Below are positions 18,583 to 28,064 of a stretch of DNA of 64,000 nt, in pieces. Made by a program: the position numbers and the translations under genes. Origin of the DNA: Elusimicrobiota bacterium (GTDB lineage: Bacteria; Elusimicrobiota; Elusimicrobia; JACQPE01); assembly GCA_016180815.1 (NCBI GenBank), contig JACPAN010000004.1, positions 44,358 through 108,357 on the forward strand, in the 5' to 3' direction. The first letter of the stretch is position 1. The number at the start of each line of letters is the position of its first letter. A model generated the notes under the pieces. That model did no database searches and had not been told where the DNA came from. It saw only the letters and a list, made by a program, of their open reading frames with translations.

Positions 18583-19737
18583 TTACCGGCTCAGCGCAGG
18601 CGCTTTATGAGCCTGTTTTTTTTTGGCATTGCCCTCGGTTTCGTCGATGAAACGATGCTTCAATTTGTCCATCACCTTAGGCATCGTGGTGTATTCCATG
18701 GCTTCCAAGCCCAAACGATGAGGCTGAAACGGCCCATGGCGGCGCATATAATCCGCGACTTTCCAAGCCGTGTTCCTGGTCAAGTCAAAAGCCGGATCGC
18801 GGAAAAAGTCCACAGGACCCTCAAGACGGCCTTTGTTCAACTGAAATCCCGCGCAAATGACGCGCGGCGGCCCGTCGAAACGGGTCGGGCGGGCGTCTTC
18901 GAAGGCGACAGGCACCAGAGGCCCATGATGGGAACCCCGGGTCCAGCCTTCAACCAAATGCGGGAAGGCGAAAGGTTCCAGGACCTCGCCCACAGCCGGG
19001 AATCCAGCCTGAGCGCGCACAGCCAACACAGGGTCATCCTTGCCCACGTATTGTCCGGCGATATGGGAGAGCTTATCCGTGGAAGCCACGGCCGCAATTT
19101 CATTGTCCGAACGGCGGTAAACGGCCTTGACCATATAACGATCGATGGTGCCCAGAAACAGCAACAGATCGTAGGATTCCTCCGGGGTATTGAGTTTGAT
19201 GGTTTTGTTTTCTTCGACATCCAACACTTCGAAGGTAAAGCCTCCGTGGGCGGCCGGATCGATCACCAAGCCGGGGCTGCAGAAAGGATCCGCGAACATT
19301 CGATAGACGGGCAGATTCCAAGCGCCCGGAGATGTTTTATCCGCCATGAAAATCAACACAGGCTCGCTTTTTCTCTCGGAAAATTCCATTTCCGCTACGC
19401 CGGGGCCGAGGCCTTTGATATTGCCCGAAAAAGCGTCGGAGAGCAAATCCTGCCCCGCGCCATAGAGCTTTAATTCTTTGGCCACATCCGTGCATTTATG
19501 GAACGTATCCCAGGCCAATGCATGGACCGCGTCGTTGGAAACGCCTTTGCCGTGCGTCATGATCAACTCAAGATCATCGCCGCAGGCCAAAACGCAAAAA
19601 TCCGTCAACAGCCCGTCTTTTTTTGCCTTGCTCATCTCCTCCTGGGCCCGCTCGAGCAACCGGGGGTGAGAACACGAATGACCGACATAGCCGCCGACGT
19701 CGGCCTTAATAACGCTTAACGTCACCTTGTCTGACAT
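18583..19737 (-). CDS. fbp: Fructose-1,6-bisphosphate aldolase/phosphatase (bifunctional class V FBPase)
   Basis: N-terminus MSDKVTLSVIKADVGGYVGH matches the hallmark M..T(I/L)SVIKAD(I/V)GG start of the archaeal-type FBP aldolase/phosphatase. Approximately 384 aa, as expected. Confidence 0.85.
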   Translation of the reverse strand: MSDKVTLSVIKADVGGYVGHSCSHPRLLERAQEEMSKAKKDGLLTDFCVLACGDDLELIMTHGKGVSNDAVHALAWDTFHKCTDVAKELKLYGAGQDLLSDAFSGNIKGLGPGVAEMEFSERKSEPVLIFMADKTSPGAWNLPVYRMFADPFCSPGLVIDPAAHGGFTFEVLDVEENKTIKLNTPEESYDLLLFLGTIDRYMVKAVYRRSDNEIAAVASTDKLSHIAGQYVGKDDPVLAVRAQAGFPAVGEVLEPFAFPHLVEGWTRGSHHGPLVPVAFEDARPTRFDGPPRVICAGFQLNKGRLEGPVDFFRDPAFDLTRNTAWKVADYMRRHGPFQPHRLGLEAMEYTTMPKVMDKLKHRFIDETEGNAKKKQAHKAPALSR

Positions 19738-19781
19738 TGATTTTTTCCTCCTTACATCCTAATCCTACGCGTTGCGCCTCG

Positions 19782-20600
19782 CTAGAGACTCCCGCCTTGA
19801 GAAACAATCATCATCTCCGTGGCGAAAGCCGCTACAAATCCTATCAAAAGCCCAACCTCGACAAGCGCCTCTCCTTTGAGACGGCGGCCTAAGTGAAGCA
19901 ATTCCCCGATTATATAAAGGATGGCGCCGGCGGCGACAGCCATAAAAAACGTTTCCAACATTTTATTCACCCAAACCCCGCCCAATAACGCTCCGATAAA
20001 AGTCGGCAAACCGCCGATGAGTCCGAGACCCATTAGGTAGCGGAAACCGGGAGAATGGCCGGCCATGGGCGCTGCAATGCCGAAACCTTCTGTGGCGTTA
20101 TGAAGACCAAAACCCAAAGCCAACAAAAGCGCGAAGTTCTGTTCACCCCATGCATATTGGGCTCCGATCACCAATCCTTCGGTCAGATTGTGCAGTCCAA
20201 TGCCGATGGCGATGAACAGGGCCGTCCGGCGCGCCCGCATCATGGGCAGGATTTCGTCCTTGCCCTGTTTGATGAAGCGGCCCTCGAAATAAACAAGCCC
20301 CAGCAGGCCGGCGGCCAATCCTGCGATGAACAGAAACGAGTAAAGCCAAAAATCGCCCCAGGTCGGGTAATCCGCCATGGAGGAAGCCAACAAATCCTCC
20401 AACTCATCCAATGTTTTGGCGCAAATTTCAACGAATAGATAGATTAAGATGCCGGTGGAAATCGACGTCAACAGTGAACGATGCCGTTCCTTGACGCCGG
20501 AGGCGAAGGCAATGGGCAAACCGGCAAAAATCGCACCCCCGGCCAAAAGACCCAAAATCGCGGGTGTCGCCAACACGGTCAGAAGTTTATAAAAGTACAA
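19782..20600 (-). CDS. ZIP family metal (Zn/Fe) transporter
   Basis: Eight TM helices and the paired GLHNLTEGL and GLHNATEGF motifs (HNxxEG) of ZupT/ZIP permeases. Confidence 0.8.
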   Translation of the reverse strand: MYFYKLLTVLATPAILGLLAGGAIFAGLPIAFASGVKERHRSLLTSISTGILIYLFVEICAKTLDELEDLLASSMADYPTWGDFWLYSFLFIAGLAAGLLGLVYFEGRFIKQGKDEILPMMRARRTALFIAIGIGLHNLTEGLVIGAQYAWGEQNFALLLALGFGLHNATEGFGIAAPMAGHSPGFRYLMGLGLIGGLPTFIGALLGGVWVNKMLETFFMAVAAGAILYIIGELLHLGRRLKGEALVEVGLLIGFVAAFATEMMIVSQGGSL

Positions 20601-20643
20601 GGCGCAAAGGGCTTATGGCGCGGGCCGGGCCCCATTCTCTTAT

Positions 20644-20716
20644 GGGTACGTAGCTCAACGGTTAGAGCACTCGCCTTACACGCGAGGGGTTGTAGGTTCG
20701 AATCCTACCGTACCCA
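20644..20716 (+). tRNA. tRNA-Val (anticodon UAC)
   Basis: GGGTACGTAGCTCAACGGTTAGAGCACTCGCCTTACACGCGAGGGGTTGTAGGTTCGAATCCTACCGTACCCA shows the cloverleaf with anticodon loop CTTACAC. No CCA is encoded. Confidence 0.85.
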
Positions 20717-20787
20717 TTTCAGCGCTCACGCGCGGAAAAAATGAATAATGCCAGACAGCCGAACGTTGGGATCCATATAAGCCGGTC

Positions 20788-21684
20788 ATGTCCTTAAAGA
20801 ATCGGATTAAAAATATTTTGCCGGATTCTGCGCTCAATGCCTGGCGCCGGGCCAAGAAAAACGCCTTCGAGGCCTACCTGAACTGCCTTCCCCGTCTCAC
20901 GGAATCGGATGTCCGGGCTCTTCTTCAAGAAGTCATGGGTATTCAACCCGGCGACGCCGTGATCGTAACCAGCTCCATTAAAGCCCTGCGCCTCGCATTC
21001 GCCCCCGAACGCTTGTTGGAAATCCTTGAAGAGATCGTCGGACCGTCGGGCACGATCGCCATGCATTCATTCTCGCAGCCGCCGTCGCGTGAATTTTTGA
21101 GAAGCGGCCGGGTGTTTGATGTCAAGAATACGCCCTCGTCCACGGGTTTGCTGACCGAACTTTTTCGCCGGCGGCCCGGCGCCGTGCGCAGCCTCCACCC
21201 CATCAAAGCCGCTTGCGCCAAAGGGCCTTTGGCCGCGGAACTAACCAAAGACCATCACAAATCCATCCGGCCCTTCGATGCAACCAGCCCCTACTATAAA
21301 TTGGTCGAGGCCCGCGCCAAGAGCGTCGGTCTGGGCGTGGACTCCGACACCATGATCGTGATTCATTGCGTCGAAGACTGCCTGAAGGAAGCGTTCCCCG
21401 TGGATCTTTACGAACCCGAAGTGTTCGAGGCCGTTTGCATCGATTATGAAGGCCGGCCTGTCCGGGTCAAAACCCTGGCGCATTCGAGGACCGCCACGCT
21501 TCATGATACGCCGGGCTTCGGCCGGCGCTACCTCAACGGCGTGATGAAAGATTTTCGCTACAAGCTCGTCCCGTGCTTCGTCGCGGACACGCAGCGCGTC
21601 TTCGAAGGAATGCTCGCTTGCGCGCGCCGCGGCATCACCATCTACCCTCAATCCTGCTATAAAGAAACGTTCAAGAATTCATGA
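20788..21684 (+). CDS. AAC(3)-family (Antibiotic_NAT, PF02522-like) N-acetyltransferase
   Basis: LQEVMGIQPGDAVIVTSSIKALRLAFAPERLLEILEEIVGPSGTIAMHSFS resembles the conserved N-terminal block of aminoglycoside 3-N-acetyltransferases. Length ~300 aa. Confidence 0.65.
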   Translation: MSLKNRIKNILPDSALNAWRRAKKNAFEAYLNCLPRLTESDVRALLQEVMGIQPGDAVIVTSSIKALRLAFAPERLLEILEEIVGPSGTIAMHSFSQPPSREFLRSGRVFDVKNTPSSTGLLTELFRRRPGAVRSLHPIKAACAKGPLAAELTKDHHKSIRPFDATSPYYKLVEARAKSVGLGVDSDTMIVIHCVEDCLKEAFPVDLYEPEVFEAVCIDYEGRPVRVKTLAHSRTATLHDTPGFGRRYLNGVMKDFRYKLVPCFVADTQRVFEGMLACARRGITIYPQSCYKETFKNS

Positions 21685-22814
21685 AGCTCGGCCTCATCCT
21701 CAGCAATGACTGGGAAGTATTCGGCGACGGCTCCGGCGATTTCTTCAACATCCAATACGAGCCAACCGAGCAGCTGCTCGATGTCTGCCAAAATCACGAC
21801 GCAAAACTGACGCTCATGGCCGAGGTCGGCTATTATTGGGCGCACGAGCGCCATCAAGACGCCGTCCCCGGCGCCGGCGAAATCTTGGCGGCTTGGCGCG
21901 AACAGGTCCGAAACGCCGTGGCCCGCGGCCACGATGCCCAACTCCATCTGCATCCTCAATGGCTGGCGGCCCGGTATGCGGATGGCCGCTGGCGGCTCGA
22001 TTTTAGCCGCTGGTCCTTGTCCGCTTTACCCTACGAAGAACAAAAAACGCATCTTGATCGCGGGCGCGCGCTGCTTGAGGGCATCGGCAAACCCGCGCGA
22101 GCCTCCTACCGCTGTCTGGCCTATCGCGCCGGCGGCTACGCCATGGAACCGCCGCAGGACATTGTGCGGGCGCTGGCGGCCAGCGGCATCCTGGCCGATT
22201 CTTCGGTGCGCAAGAAGGACCGCATGAACGCGGCGCATGGCAGCTATGATTATCGGTCGGCTTACAGCTGGGCCGTTCCTTGGTATGTCGATGAACGTGA
22301 CATGAATCGGCCGCAGCAATCGGGACAAAAAAAACTGCTGCTGGAAATTCCTATCTACGGAGAAGCCGGCTGGTCGCCATGGCGCCAAATCAAAAGACGG
22401 CTCTTTTGCCCCTCCTCGGAACGCCTCCATCAGCAACAACGCCGGGTTAAAGACGCCCCCGCCTCTTCGCCCGATCTCATCGAGGCGCTCGAGCGCCGCC
22501 GGCAAAGCCTGTTTTGGAAAATTTGGACGCACCTGACATCAACAACGCCGATTTTTCTCGACTACATTTTTGTCGCGCCCACGGAATTGACCTGGATGCT
22601 CAATCAACTCCACCGGCGTTACGCCGAATTCGAGGGGATTCTTCCGGTGATGAGCATCGGGCACGTCAAAAACATGCGCTCAGCCGGCGATGTGGGCGTT
22701 TTCCTGGAAAAATCTAAAAAAGCGCTGGGCTCCGAATTGCTTTTTTGGAGCTACCAGGAGGCCGTGGAATACCTTCTGGCCAATCCCCGGATTCTGGACT
22801 TGCCGCCCGATTAG
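21681..22814 (+). CDS. Hypothetical protein, possibly a CE4/NodB-like polysaccharide deacetylase fold
   Basis: Overlaps the upstream acetyltransferase gene by 4 nt. LSNDWEVFGDGSGD and LHLHPQW weakly resemble NodB motifs 1 and 2. The assignment is tentative. Confidence 0.45.
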   Translation: MKLGLILSNDWEVFGDGSGDFFNIQYEPTEQLLDVCQNHDAKLTLMAEVGYYWAHERHQDAVPGAGEILAAWREQVRNAVARGHDAQLHLHPQWLAARYADGRWRLDFSRWSLSALPYEEQKTHLDRGRALLEGIGKPARASYRCLAYRAGGYAMEPPQDIVRALAASGILADSSVRKKDRMNAAHGSYDYRSAYSWAVPWYVDERDMNRPQQSGQKKLLLEIPIYGEAGWSPWRQIKRRLFCPSSERLHQQQRRVKDAPASSPDLIEALERRRQSLFWKIWTHLTSTTPIFLDYIFVAPTELTWMLNQLHRRYAEFEGILPVMSIGHVKNMRSAGDVGVFLEKSKKALGSELLFWSYQEAVEYLLANPRILDLPPD

Positions 22815-22815
22815 T

Positions 22816-23502
22816 CTATTTCTTCTTCAAAAAGTCTTTCAATAAATCAGCCGCCGCGTCCCGGCCGCCCAGACCGAAGGCGATAGCCACGGCCAGGCCG
22901 ATGGTCCCCAGGATGATCTGGAAGCTCGATGCCAATAACTCGGTGTTGATGCCCAGGTGCTCCAGGGCCATGAGCGCGGTAAAAATAATGACCACGACAT
23001 TGGCCAGCTTGGCCAAACCCTGGCCGCCCTTAATGCTGTTGGAAACCGCGGCATTGCTGACGATTTGGGCCATAAAATGCCCCAGCGCCAACCCGCCGAA
23101 CACGATCAAAATACTGGCGATCAATTTCGGGATGAACAACACAAAGTATTCCAACAGTTCCGAAACCACGGTCAACTCAACGACATTGGCCGCGGAAACA
23201 ATGAAAACGAGAACAACCAGCCAATAGATAAGAAAACCGAACACAAATGAAGGCGAACGCCCGAATCCGACGCGGGCTAGAATCTCATTGAAACCCACCT
23301 TGTCGGTGTATTCGTCCAGGCGCACCATGCCCAAGAGCCGCTCCACCGTGGCCCTCAACGCCCGGCCCAGCATGAAGCCGATCAACAGCAGGATCAGCGC
23401 CGCCACAACGCCCGGCAGCGTTGCCACCACTCTGCTCCAGAAATTCAAAAACGGATCGGATACGATTTTCAACCACTCTGTCGCCATAAATTCCCTCCCC
23501 AC
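22816..23502 (-). CDS. Membrane protein with conserved TM-helix repeats (MscS N-terminal-like, PF05552-like)
   Basis: Multiple hydrophobic helices with repeated ...ALILLLIGFMLGRAL... and ...IVFGGLALGHFMAQIV... units. Confidence 0.5.
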   Translation of the reverse strand: MGREFMATEWLKIVSDPFLNFWSRVVATLPGVVAALILLLIGFMLGRALRATVERLLGMVRLDEYTDKVGFNEILARVGFGRSPSFVFGFLIYWLVVLVFIVSAANVVELTVVSELLEYFVLFIPKLIASILIVFGGLALGHFMAQIVSNAAVSNSIKGGQGLAKLANVVVIIFTALMALEHLGINTELLASSFQIILGTIGLAVAIAFGLGGRDAAADLLKDFLKKK

Positions 23503-23588
23503 GCTAAAAATACACCAACGTTTTCAACGCTAACAGAACTTCTTTATTTTGGCAAGGGCTTTTTTAAAAATTCGAAGCGCGCTGCTTG

Positions 23589-23629
23589 GGGTCCGTTAAG
23601 GAATTAATGATCAATTCCTTAACGGACCC
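23589..23629. repeat. Perfect 17-bp-arm palindrome (gggtccgttaaggaatt-aatgatc-aattccttaacggaccc) at the 3' end of the amidohydrolase gene; the 24-nt core recurs at 39183
   Basis: Seen directly in the sequence. One arm encodes the last residues KGPLRN* of the 23611..24483 gene. The core gggWccgttaaggaattaatgatc also follows the stop codon of the 38019..39182 gene. Confidence 0.7.
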
Positions 23630-24483
23630 TTAGAGGGCTTGATTTTGAAAACGTCGGCCGCATTGTCATGGAAAACGGCCCGCCAATGCTGCTTGGGGAT
23701 GGCCCGCTTAACAGCCTCGATGGAGGAAGCCATGTCCGAAAGCGGCCAATCGGAACCGAACATGAGCTTGGAAGGATTCTCCAAATAGCCGAATACCCAG
23801 GCCAACGGACGCACCAGGTATTCATCGACGGTTTCACGGGGCAGCTCGTTTAAGCGGCCGATCAACAAAGCCGAACTGTCCAAGTAAACATTGGGGTTTT
23901 TATAAGCCACTTCGGCGGCAGATTGTATCCACGGATTCCCGCAATGGGCCAGCACAAAATTCACCTTAGGATGATCCACCGCCACCTCATCGATGGTCAA
24001 GGGATCGGCATATTTGAGCTTGCCCCGGGCCTCGTAAGTGTCGCCGGTGTGAAAAACAACGGGGACATCGTACGTTTCCGCCAAGCGGTAAACGGGATCG
24101 TAAATGGGATCATGGGCATAACGGTAAACGTAGCCCAAATAAATCTTGACGCAGGCGTATCGCCCCGAACGCAACCCGGCTTCCAGACGCGCTGCGTCCA
24201 CGGCATCCCTGATGCCCGCGCAATGGACGACGCCGTGCTCGCGCAAATCCGCATAGCCCTTTTCGTATTCATCCGTATGCGCCACCGCGCCCACGACCCC
24301 GGCCTTGCCCATCTCCTGCAGGTATTGCTCGCGGGTAAAAAGAATACCGCTGGCGGCTTCCGGCTTGCCGTCGAAATCCGCATGGGTATGCGCGTCGATG
24401 ACGGCCAAGGGAGCAGGGTTGCGGCCCATCGAAGCGCAGGCCGAAAGCCCCAGCAACAAACCAAACGCGGATAATTGACGCAT
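23611..24483 (-). CDS. Amidohydrolase-2 family (PF04909-like) metal-dependent hydrolase, secreted or lipoprotein
   Basis: Signal peptide with LSAC lipobox. Metal-binding VIDAHTHADFD, VVFHTGD and AHCGNPW motifs of TIM-barrel amidohydrolases. Confidence 0.65.
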   Translation of the reverse strand: MRQLSAFGLLLGLSACASMGRNPAPLAVIDAHTHADFDGKPEAASGILFTREQYLQEMGKAGVVGAVAHTDEYEKGYADLREHGVVHCAGIRDAVDAARLEAGLRSGRYACVKIYLGYVYRYAHDPIYDPVYRLAETYDVPVVFHTGDTYEARGKLKYADPLTIDEVAVDHPKVNFVLAHCGNPWIQSAAEVAYKNPNVYLDSSALLIGRLNELPRETVDEYLVRPLAWVFGYLENPSKLMFGSDWPLSDMASSIEAVKRAIPKQHWRAVFHDNAADVFKIKPSKGPLRN

Positions 24484-24592
24484 AAAAATAACGGGTATCG
24501 AAGAGCCTCATTCTACCAACCTTGTTCCCGCATGTGAGCAAACTCACATCGACAAAATACGCGCCCGGATCAATACTTAATGGTTTATCACA

Positions 24593-25348
24593 ATGGATAC
24601 AAACAAACGAAACCAACGCCATGAACGGCCCAGCATCCTGATCGTTGATGATGATGTGACGATCTGCCAATGGCTGTCGCTCGGCCTGGAAGTGCACGGC
24701 ATTGAGTCGGCCTTTGCCGGGGACGCGTTTTCAGCCATGCACTTTTGCAAAAAATTTCATCCTGACCTGGTTGTCCTCGATCTGCATTTAGGGGATCACG
24801 CCATCAGCGGAACCGAGGTTCTTTGGGGGATTAAAAACGACCCGGAACTGGCCTCCACCGTGGTGCTGATCTTTACAGGGTGCGCGGACGAAGAGGTCCA
24901 GCGCCTCTGCATGGATGAGATCGGCGCCGACGGGTATTTGATCAAAGGCGCCACGAAAACATCCGATTTGATTCAAGCCGTCGACAAATGGCTGCGCCGC
25001 ATCAAGGTCCGGGGCGCGGCCCAGGAGATTTCAGGCGGACCGGTGCGCGTCAATTTATCCCAGAGCCGGGCTTATTTGGGAGAACAGACCCTGCCGTTAA
25101 CCCCTCGCGAGTTTAATGTTCTGGCGTTGACGATACGCAAAAAAGCGCTGGTTCCCTGGGCCACGCTGGCCGGCCGGCTTTTTAAGATGGGCAAACGCTA
25201 TCAATATCAAGCCGCGGCTGATCCGGTTGAGACCTGTTTAAGACACCTGCGGGCCAAGCTTGGTCCTGAATCCGAACGCTTGGTCACGGTGCCGGGCGTC
25301 GGGGTCGTGTGGGTGGGCGATTTATCCGACATCGCCGCTCTGGGATAA
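24593..25348 (+). CDS. OmpR/PhoB-family two-component response regulator (REC plus winged-helix)
   Basis: REC domain ILIVDDDVTI...DLVVLDLHLGD...GADGYLIKG. C-terminal wHTH LTPREFNVLALTI...VETCLRHLRAKLG...VTVPGVGV. Confidence 0.85.
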   Translation: MDTNKRNQRHERPSILIVDDDVTICQWLSLGLEVHGIESAFAGDAFSAMHFCKKFHPDLVVLDLHLGDHAISGTEVLWGIKNDPELASTVVLIFTGCADEEVQRLCMDEIGADGYLIKGATKTSDLIQAVDKWLRRIKVRGAAQEISGGPVRVNLSQSRAYLGEQTLPLTPREFNVLALTIRKKALVPWATLAGRLFKMGKRYQYQAAADPVETCLRHLRAKLGPESERLVTVPGVGVVWVGDLSDIAALG

Positions 25349-25352
25349 AATC

Positions 25353-26147
25353 CTACCCCCCCTGTTCTTCAGGAGATTCCTTAAGCAACAGCCTGCGGCA
25401 CGGGCGCAAAGCCCGCGGCCATTCGGGCTCCTCTTCCTCGACCTGCTCAATGCGCTCTTCAAGCGAGCCGTGGGTTTCGTCTTCATGCCCCAAGCCTAAT
25501 GCCTCGATCCAATCTTCCATATGCTCGAAGAAAGCCGGGGCGGCATCACGGTTAAAATCAGCGCGCTCCATGATTTCCCGGCCCCTTAAATCCGCGGCCC
25601 GCTCCAGACATTTCGTGAATACTTCCCCTCGTTCCCGCAGCATGGCTTCACGCAACCGCTCGTACGCGGCCGGGTCCCTTTCCCGATGATCCCGATACTC
25701 CCGTCGAAACCACCGCCAAAACCGCCCCAGTTGAAATCTGTAAAAACGGTCCTGCCGGTCGCCCAAATGCGCCATTTCATGGGCGATAACGAAGGCGATT
25801 TCATCGCGGCTGCAGGCAATTCTTTTCAGCGCGCGGCCGATGCGGATCCTGGGCCGATGCGAAGCGTTGTGCGGAGAGTTCACATAAACCGCCAAGGCCG
25901 GTGAGCTGCCGGACCCGGGCCAACTGGCGTATTCTTCATCCGGAAGATAGTCCAGCCGCAACCTGTTGCGAAAGGCGATGCCGTAACCCGAACGATCCTT
26001 GACCTGCTCGAACACCTCGGCGAGAACATCGCCGAATGAGTCGCCCCAATCCGCGCAAGCAGGCAAACTTGCGCCGGGATTCTCAATCGCCCGGGCAACG
26101 GTAGCCGTTAAAAACCACAACGTCGCCACAGCCGAATAAGGCCGCAT
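25353..26147 (-). CDS. Putative secreted zinc metallopeptidase (HExxH, M48/WLM-like)
   Basis: Signal peptide, then IAFVIAHEMAHLGDRQ containing the HEMAH zincin motif. Acidic C-terminal tail. Confidence 0.5.
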   Translation of the reverse strand: MRPYSAVATLWFLTATVARAIENPGASLPACADWGDSFGDVLAEVFEQVKDRSGYGIAFRNRLRLDYLPDEEYASWPGSGSSPALAVYVNSPHNASHRPRIRIGRALKRIACSRDEIAFVIAHEMAHLGDRQDRFYRFQLGRFWRWFRREYRDHRERDPAAYERLREAMLRERGEVFTKCLERAADLRGREIMERADFNRDAAPAFFEHMEDWIEALGLGHEDETHGSLEERIEQVEEEEPEWPRALRPCRRLLLKESPEEQGG

Positions 26148-26239
26148 GCTGAAAGCTTAAGGTGAATTCGCCGCCGGAGCAAGAGGAGGCCCTGTCCAGC
26201 CCTATTTTGTTCTCATGCCGATCGCTGAAACGATCAGTA

Positions 26240-27040
26240 TTAAGTCAAGCTAGACTGAAACTCTGACGCTGTCTCTGGGCTTTTCAAAAAAGGAGCAAAA
26301 GGTTCGATTCTGCGTAAAAAATCGTCATCGTCCTCCATATAATATGCGGTGACGAATCTAAACGGTTGATTCTTCTTCCCTCTAACAATAACAAGAAAAT
26401 AATTATTTATAGGTCCGCTCGCCGTTGGAACCACCATTACCATTGCATAAGCATAAGTTACCCAACTTTCCTCAGCTAACCTATATACTTCTTTGGAATT
26501 TTCAATTGCATAGCGTATCCAAGGAAGCCGCTTTGCTCGATGGACAAGAAAATTTTCTGGTAGCATGACATGTTTTCCATCGGACGCTTTTTCTTTATAA
26601 AGATGCCTCATCCCGTCTTCATCTATAACCACTTTTCTTTTATAAATATCCATCACTTCCCCTATGACACTTTTTTCATAGTAATCTAGGGCGACGGTTT
26701 CATTAATAGGTGGGCCCATAAATTGAGTTAGAAGAGGGTTCAACTTGACATCGCAATGATGAACGGCTTCCATATGAAATTTGAGTAATCCTAATGCCCC
26801 AATAACATCCCGACGTTTTAATTGCTGTTTATTGATTCTCTCTTGGCGATGATGAAGCATGCGCATAGCATCGGAAAAAACCGGCACTGCTATCCGAAGA
26901 TTCGGGCGAGATAATTGGGATAACAAATGCAAATGCCTAACTAATATGGCTAAATATGCCTCGTCATAGGCTCCGTCTGGACGCTGGCCTCTTTCCAATA
27001 AGGAGCCGGTAAGTTTAGATATATGCTCTTTGTTGTTCAT
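26240..27040 (-). CDS. Hypothetical protein (low-GC islet), no recognisable domain
   Basis: Clean 266-aa ORF with ~40% GC, in contrast to the ~60% GC surroundings. Confidence 0.5.
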   Translation of the reverse strand: MNNKEHISKLTGSLLERGQRPDGAYDEAYLAILVRHLHLLSQLSRPNLRIAVPVFSDAMRMLHHRQERINKQQLKRRDVIGALGLLKFHMEAVHHCDVKLNPLLTQFMGPPINETVALDYYEKSVIGEVMDIYKRKVVIDEDGMRHLYKEKASDGKHVMLPENFLVHRAKRLPWIRYAIENSKEVYRLAEESWVTYAYAMVMVVPTASGPINNYFLVIVRGKKNQPFRFVTAYYMEDDDDFLRRIEPFAPFLKSPETASEFQSSLT

Positions 27041-27057
27041 AAACTACCAAGCTCTAA

Positions 27058-27090
27058 AAAAAAACCCACTTTCGTGGGTCAAAAAAATTT
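27058..27090 (-). terminator. Rho-independent terminator (bidirectional-looking) after the 27273..27806 gene
   Basis: aaaaaaaaacccactttcgtgggtcaaaaaaattt: stem cccac/gtggg flanked by A and T runs on both strands. Confidence 0.6.
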
Positions 27091-27272
27091 GTCGGCGTTG
27101 CTTACGAGAGGTAGTGCCCCCAGACCAACCCCGCCGACTGAGTCCTAAGGATAGTCTCTCTCGTAATCTAAGATTGTTTCTATTCTAGCTGATATCCCGC
27201 GTACGATCAAGTAGGGTTTCCAAAAAAATTGTGGGGGCGGGACATTGGCATCGCGCAGAGTTATTTCGTGTT

Positions 27273-27806
27273 CTATCTCGTTATGAGTTCTGGAAATGGT
27301 ATTTCTCCAGTCTGGATAAAATGAGCCAAAATGCGAGCGTTCGCATCAGCTTCTTTATAAAAAATCGTGTTACTGCAATTGACTGTAAAAATATCTTTAT
27401 CAACCCCGGGAGATCGTACAACCTGATATGCAGCTCGACCTTCGATTGAGTTATATGTCTGGAGGACAAAATCAGTAGCGACTTGCAACTTCATGCCGCT
27501 GTATTTTCCAACGAAGGATTGCGCCCTACCCCACGCTGCATTTGATTCGTCCTTTGGGACGCCGAATTCAAGTGGGGTGCGCAACAAAGAAGCCACGGCT
27601 TCTCGCTTCTTCTCAAGTTGAATTTCATCGTACCCCTTGTCACTTTTACGATATTTTGTGGGATTTCGATTTACATCTTCCAGCAACATTTTGTCTTCCT
27701 TGCTCAAAAATACCTGCCCGCATGAAGCGGACGTTAAACACAAAATGGAAACCATAAATTTGCCAATAACCTGATTTACCGACATCCTGCCTGCCTTCCC
27801 GACCAA
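27273..27806 (-). CDS. Hypothetical lipoprotein or secreted protein (low-GC islet)
   Basis: N-terminal signal peptide ...KFMVSILCLTSASCGQ. Low GC. No recognisable domain. Confidence 0.5.
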   Translation of the reverse strand: MVGKAGRMSVNQVIGKFMVSILCLTSASCGQVFLSKEDKMLLEDVNRNPTKYRKSDKGYDEIQLEKKREAVASLLRTPLEFGVPKDESNAAWGRAQSFVGKYSGMKLQVATDFVLQTYNSIEGRAAYQVVRSPGVDKDIFTVNCSNTIFYKEADANARILAHFIQTGEIPFPELITR

Positions 27807-28064
27807 TAAAAAATACTAACGTCTGTGCGGGTGTCCCTTCTTTACGGTAAAGGTCTAACCTTTACACCCCAAAAAATTCGAGGCTAATTGTAATCTAACA
27901 GAGCAAAAAACGAATGTAAAGAGCTTGATTGATTTCAAGGCAAATGGCTGGGGCTCAATTCCACTTTTGATTTAAGACACATCGATCGCTAAAACGATCG
28001 CCACTGGTAGGCTCTCAGGAGGATATCGGGCTAGCTTTTGAAGCGTTTCTCGACGAAAAAAGCT

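Noticed and set aside
18607-19473. 288-aa plus-strand ORF
   Set aside because: It is antisense to the fbp gene, whose product is unmistakable.
27100-27125. GTGCCCCCA match to the tRNA-Glu 3' end as an att repeat
   Set aside because: It is only a 9-10 nt match inside G+C-rich sequence and could be chance. It is mentioned as weak support only.
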